Source: a virus
Lineage: Duplodnaviria; Caudoviricetes
Length of the DNA stretch: 34,903 nt
Reading direction: 5' to 3' (one strand)
IMG/VR virus record: IMGVR_UViG_3300012953_000092
Location: 1 to 34,903 of that record
The position numbers and the translations under genes are program-made. The notes below the pieces were generated by a model. That model was not told where the DNA came from. It did not search any database and saw nothing but the letters and a program-made list of their open reading frames with translations. Below, piece by piece: positions 32,053-34,903 of the stretch. The first letter of the stretch is position 1. Every line of letters starts with the position of its first letter.

Positions 32053-32202
32053 TTATCTACCTTGGCCTCTGTATCTTTTGCGAGCCGAGTTACGAGAGGT
32101 TGCCGTATATTTTGAATGTTTGCCCCTCCCTTGACGAGTCTTCTTCGGTGGAGATTGTATAAAATTCCCACCACTAATTCCACCACTAAACGTTTTCGCC
32201 AT
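32053..32202 (-). CDS. Small, very basic Arg/Lys/Gly-rich protein (49 aa)
   Basis: Hand translation: MAKTFSGGISGGNFIQSPPKKTRQGRGKHSKYTATSRNSARKRYRGQGR. It has a GGAGG Shine-Dalgarno just upstream and a terminator just downstream. Confidence 0.85.
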   Translation of the reverse strand: MAKTFSGGISGGNFIQSPPKKTRQGRGKHSKYTATSRNSARKRYRGQGR

Positions 32203-32368
32203 TTTCCTCCAAATAAGTTTCAGTTTTAATTGTATCAGGATGTGGAGAACCTGTCTGATAATATTGTATCGATAAGTCCTCCATTCTGGTAAAGTATTCG
32301 GATTCTCCTAAGTCACCGAATACTACCTTATTGTCTATAAGAATATTATATAACTCTCGTTTTTTCAT
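32186..32368 (-). CDS. Small hypothetical protein (60 aa)
   Basis: MKKRELYNILIDNKVVFGDLGESEYFTRMEDLSIQYYQTGSPHP... Start moved to the ATG at 32366-32368 to avoid a 190-nt overlap with the glycosyltransferase gene. Confidence 0.75.
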   Translation of the reverse strand: MKKRELYNILIDNKVVFGDLGESEYFTRMEDLSIQYYQTGSPHPDTIKTETYLEENGENV

Positions 32369-33101
32369 GCCCGACTCTAATACGAGGATCACACCAGATT
32401 TCAAAACCTGCTTCCTTGGCATCAAGACAGAATGAAACATCTTCTCCACACATGTCCTGTACCTCACCAGACTCAAAGACTTGCATCTTGGGTGCAAACC
32501 ATGGATAAGGTAGTCCTTCGTGCTCGAAGACTCCATTCTTAATCAATAACCATCCGAAACCTGTATAATCCACTGTGAAAGGTTTGCGTCTCTTGGATAT
32601 ACTTTCGACAGTCTCGTGGTTCATCACACCACCATTGCTTCGAAAATCTTCCTCTTCTAACCAATGAGCAACAGAAGTTGTCCTACCATCTTCGGTGGCA
32701 TACCATCCTCCTGCAATGTCTTGATCTACTAATATCAATTGCCAGAATTTTTCACTGTTAAACACAATGTCACTATCAATCCATAATTGATAATCATATT
32801 TTAGCTTACCGTCCCAAGGAATCTGATTCGGTCCTCGCAGTACATTCGCACCAAGGCACTTGCATCTTGCAAAGTTTACCATGGAGGAATAATCCTGCGA
32901 AATCTGAATGCTTGCTCCTGATTGTACTAAGTCGAAACAAAGTTGTACAAAACTTTTAAGAAACTGATAGGATACACCTCTTCCAGGTAGACAGAAGACA
33001 ATGGTTTTTCCCCTCACCATTTCCTTTGCCTTTTCATAATCCCATTCAGATTCTTGCTTCTTTACCGGTGCTTTCGCTTTCACCGTAAATCCTTTAGCCA
33101 T
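32346..33101 (-). CDS. Putative GT-A fold (GT2-like) glycosyltransferase, 251 aa
   Basis: IVFCLPG at the N-terminus, a DxD motif (QLWIDSDIVF), GFGWLLIKNGVFE, GEDVSFC (GT2-type ED motif) and VGHEK. Confidence 0.8.
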   Translation of the reverse strand: MAKGFTVKAKAPVKKQESEWDYEKAKEMVRGKTIVFCLPGRGVSYQFLKSFVQLCFDLVQSGASIQISQDYSSMVNFARCKCLGANVLRGPNQIPWDGKLKYDYQLWIDSDIVFNSEKFWQLILVDQDIAGGWYATEDGRTTSVAHWLEEEDFRSNGGVMNHETVESISKRRKPFTVDYTGFGWLLIKNGVFEHEGLPYPWFAPKMQVFESGEVQDMCGEDVSFCLDAKEAGFEIWCDPRIRVGHEKTRVI

Positions 33102-33139
33102 AATCGAATTCGCTATGTTAAAATTACTTAAGTATCAAT

Positions 33140-33168
33140 ATTATACTCCATTATATATTAGGTGTCAA
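33140..33168 (-). promoter_or_regulatory. Perfect sigma70-type (early) promoter TTGACA-N17-TATAAT
   Basis: The minus strand reads TTGACA CCTAATATATAATGGAG TATAAT, 38 nt upstream of the glycosyltransferase ATG. The -35 box overlaps the upstream TGA stop. Confidence 0.9.
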
Positions 33169-33338
33169 TAAGAGTGCTCCATATAACTTTCAGTATTATC
33201 CGTATCCTCTAATTCTTCGTAAGTTAGATTATCTATGTAACTGTGATATAATCTTCCCCATATTATATTAAACTCCTCATCATTCAGACACTTGAATAAA
33301 CATTTATCATTCAAGTATATGTGATAGGTTTTATTCAT
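33165..33338 (-). CDS. Small acidic hypothetical protein (57 aa)
   Basis: Hand translation: MNKTYHIYLNDKCLFKCLNDEEFNIIWGRLYHSYIDNLTYEELEDTDNTESYMEHSY. It overlaps the oxygenase stop by ATGA. Confidence 0.8.
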   Translation of the reverse strand: MNKTYHIYLNDKCLFKCLNDEEFNIIWGRLYHSYIDNLTYEELEDTDNTESYMEHSY

Positions 33339-33829
33339 TTGACTTCATTCCAATTAAGTGACATTGTATACCTCTCAAAATATTCATTAGATTTAAATTG
33401 AGGAGGAGTATGATATAAGTGTCCAGGAAATATTACCATACTATTTTCGGGAGCTTCTACTAATCCATATTCTTCAAATTCAGTTCCATTAATAAAAGAA
33501 GAGTGTGAATTCATATAATATACTCCCACATAATCTACAGGATGATTATGCATTGAGCATTGATTGGGTTTACCCTGAGTCATAATAAACCAAGATTTAT
33601 CAGGTATTAATTTTTTTTGAAGATACTCTTGAACAAAGATGTCAGCCTTAAAATGTATTTCATTAAATTGTGAGTATAAACGTAAATCATCATCAGACTG
33701 ATATGCTGGAAATTCTTTCTCTCCTTCCTTACTCAAACTATGAAGAAAAGGTTTGCAATCCTCTATTAATTTTTTTCTTTTCTCATCAGGAAGAAAATTT
33801 TTAAGTATAATATGAGGGGTTTTATTCAT
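33335..33829 (-). CDS. Putative 2OG-Fe(II) oxygenase (HxH type), 164 aa
   Basis: SMHNHPVDYVGVYY, MVIFPGHLYHTPP and ERYTMSLN match the phage-type double-stranded beta-helix oxygenase pattern. Start placed at MNKTPH (33829), overlapping the upstream stop. Confidence 0.8.
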   Translation of the reverse strand: MNKTPHIILKNFLPDEKRKKLIEDCKPFLHSLSKEGEKEFPAYQSDDDLRLYSQFNEIHFKADIFVQEYLQKKLIPDKSWFIMTQGKPNQCSMHNHPVDYVGVYYMNSHSSFINGTEFEEYGLVEAPENSMVIFPGHLYHTPPQFKSNEYFERYTMSLNWNEVK

Positions 33830-33995
33830 TGGCACTTGTGAGAAATATCTCACCATTATCTAGATTCCATTTTAACACAAGATCTTCATACCAGTCAAAC
33901 TCATTGATGATTTCTTCAGGAATAGTCATGTGATATCTGTCAGTTGCTGGATCAATCTCTATAGTCGAAAAAATTTCATCAAAATTTTTTTTCAT
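33822..33995 (-). CDS. AbrB/MazE/SpoVT-like small DNA-binding protein (57 aa)
   Basis: Hand translation: MKKNFDEIFSTIEIDPATDRYHMTIPEEIINEFDWYEDLVLKWNLDNGEIFLTSANE. The hTIP..h...h.W..D..L.W...ng.I.L pattern is typical of swapped-hairpin folds. Confidence 0.7.
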   Translation of the reverse strand: MKKNFDEIFSTIEIDPATDRYHMTIPEEIINEFDWYEDLVLKWNLDNGEIFLTSANE

Positions 33996-34016
33996 ATTCT
34001 CGAAATCCTGTTTATG

Positions 34017-34050
34017 TTTTTATATAGGGAAAAAAATTTTTATATAGAGA
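34017..34050. repeat. Direct repeat TTTTTATATAG(G/A)GA, two copies with a 20-bp period
   Basis: Copies at 34017-34030 and 34037-34050 match at 13 of 14 positions. Confidence 0.7.
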
Positions 34051-34113
34051 GGGAATTATAGCTGCCTTCCGTAACACTTTGTAGGTTAGGGTAGTTACGG
34101 GTTTTTAATAACG

Positions 34114-34132
34114 GGGGGGCATCACGCCCCCC
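34114..34132. other. All-GC hairpin GGGGGGC-ATCAC-GCCCCCC (terminator-like, weak U-tract)
   Basis: Perfect 7-bp inverted repeat 25 nt downstream of the HicA-like stop, followed on the minus strand by CGTTATTAAAAA. Confidence 0.65.
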
Positions 34133-34157
34133 ACTGTCTGATTCACGAACGAATGAA

Positions 34158-34328
34158 CTATAATGCCAGTTGCCTTAAAATCAATTTGCCCACATAGTCT
34201 TTGGCATTATAAGGAATAGTCACATGCTTGGGAGAATCATCATGCCCCCACACTTCGTGCCTCCCACCGTAGCGGATGAGATACCAACCCAAATCTTTGG
34301 CACGTTTTCTCAACTGTTTACATTTCAT
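34158..34328 (-). CDS. hicA: HicA-like (dsRBD-fold mRNA interferase family) protein, 56 aa
   Basis: Hand translation: MKCKQLRKRAKDLGWYLIRYGGRHEVWGHDDSPKHVTIPYNAKDYVGKLILRQLAL. It fits the HicA pattern L...GW...R..G.H....H......VTIP......L..IL.Q and overlaps the upstream gene by ATGA. Confidence 0.75.
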   Translation of the reverse strand: MKCKQLRKRAKDLGWYLIRYGGRHEVWGHDDSPKHVTIPYNAKDYVGKLILRQLAL

Positions 34329-34903
34329 GATGCACGAAGAGGTAAGGGAACGAATCTGTTATTATGGAAGTTGGCATATGAAAATGCCCGACGGTTAACC
34401 AGTTTGAAATATCCGAACCGTGTGATCATGACGTACCCCTCACCCTGAATAGGTTGATAATCACCCATGATGAAAGTCTGAAAATCAGCAGTGTCACGAC
34501 ACTGATTTAATGCAAGGTGCTTTATCTCACGAACCGTATCCCACAACTCAATCAAATTAGAATCACAAAACTCTTCAAAGTTTGAAGGGTTAATGTCCTT
34601 GCCCTCACGAATCAAATAGTTTAAGTTGATTTTGATTTTCTTTGCTGTTCTTTCATCGACGAATTTCACAGCAGTTGCCATGTTCTTTGCGTACTCAATT
34701 AAATCTGCACACTCATGAAACGCATCCGTGCTGCCACCCTCAAACCCATTAGAAATATATGCACGGGGTTGAACGTATTTGACATTATCGTTTGAATTCA
34801 ATTTGTCAAGTAATGGCATTGCGATTGCATCACGCAAATCATTTGCAGCATAATACTTTGTGTGAGGTGCTATGATGATTTTCTCTGATACCTTTTCTGG
34901 AAA
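34325..34903 (-). CDS. 5'-truncated protein with RNA-ligase/nucleotidyltransferase-like C-terminal motifs (recalled as DUF6267-like)
   Basis: The frame is open to the window edge (FPEKVSEKIIIAPHTKYYAANDLRDAIAMP...). The C-terminal GEGYVMITRFGYFKLVNRRAFSYANF resembles ligase motif IV (EGYV) and motif V (K). Motif I (KxDG) would lie outside the window. Confidence 0.6.
   Translation of the reverse strand, partial: FPEKVSEKIIIAPHTKYYAANDLRDAIAMPLLDKLNSNDNVKYVQPRAYISNGFEGGSTDAFHECADLIEYAKNMATAVKFVDERTAKKIKINLNYLIREGKDINPSNFEEFCDSNLIELWDTVREIKHLALNQCRDTADFQTFIMGDYQPIQGEGYVMITRFGYFKLVNRRAFSYANFHNNRFVPLPLRAS

Noticed and set aside
31980-32186. 69-aa N-terminal extension of gp25
   Set aside because: It spans the 49-aa gene, its terminator and the late promoter. 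The ATG at 31979 gives a normal-length gp25.
32369-32536. N-terminal extension of the 116-aa ORF
   Set aside because: It lies entirely within the glycosyltransferase gene in another frame.
34084-34119. Telomere-like TTAGGG and a possible G-quadruplex
   Set aside because: There is only one TTAGGG, the loops are long, and the G-run is better explained by the hairpin.
34224-34448. Plus-strand 74-aa ORF antisense to the HicA-like gene, considered as an antitoxin
   Set aside because: It has no HicB-like features or evident promoter and overlaps two credible minus-strand genes. An antisense RNA cannot be excluded from sequence alone.
1-34903. CRISPR array, tRNA, diversity-generating retroelement, integrase or transposase
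   Set aside because: By eye I found no regularly spaced repeats, tRNA cloverleaf, reverse transcriptase, template/variable repeat pair or recombinase motifs. A computational scan would be needed to exclude subtle cases.

Overview
The window is an AT-rich segment of a T4-like marine cyanomyovirus genome (Kyanoviridae-like; a Prochlorococcus or Synechococcus host is inferred). All credible genes lie on the minus strand. In transcription order (right to left) it contains: (1) a truncated protein ending in RNA-ligase-like motifs IV/V, coupled by an ATGA overlap to an unannotated 56-aa HicA-like gene; (2) a structured 160-bp intergenic element; (3) an AbrB-like gene, a 2OG-Fe(II) oxygenase flanked by a duplicated start region, two apparently paralogous small genes around a GT-A glycosyltransferase with a perfect sigma70 promoter, and a 49-aa basic protein followed by a terminator; (4) the late structural block gp25, gp6, a giant 4351-aa gp7, gp8, VrlC/DUF4815, three small genes, gp13, gp14, gp15 and gp16; (5) a >1089-aa coiled-coil plus fibre protein that runs off the left edge and is missing from the ORF track. 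The best leads are the orphan HicA plus ligase-like pair and a G-[IV]-x-[TS] motif found throughout the virion proteins next to a glycosyltransferase. All family assignments come from motif recognition, not from database searches.
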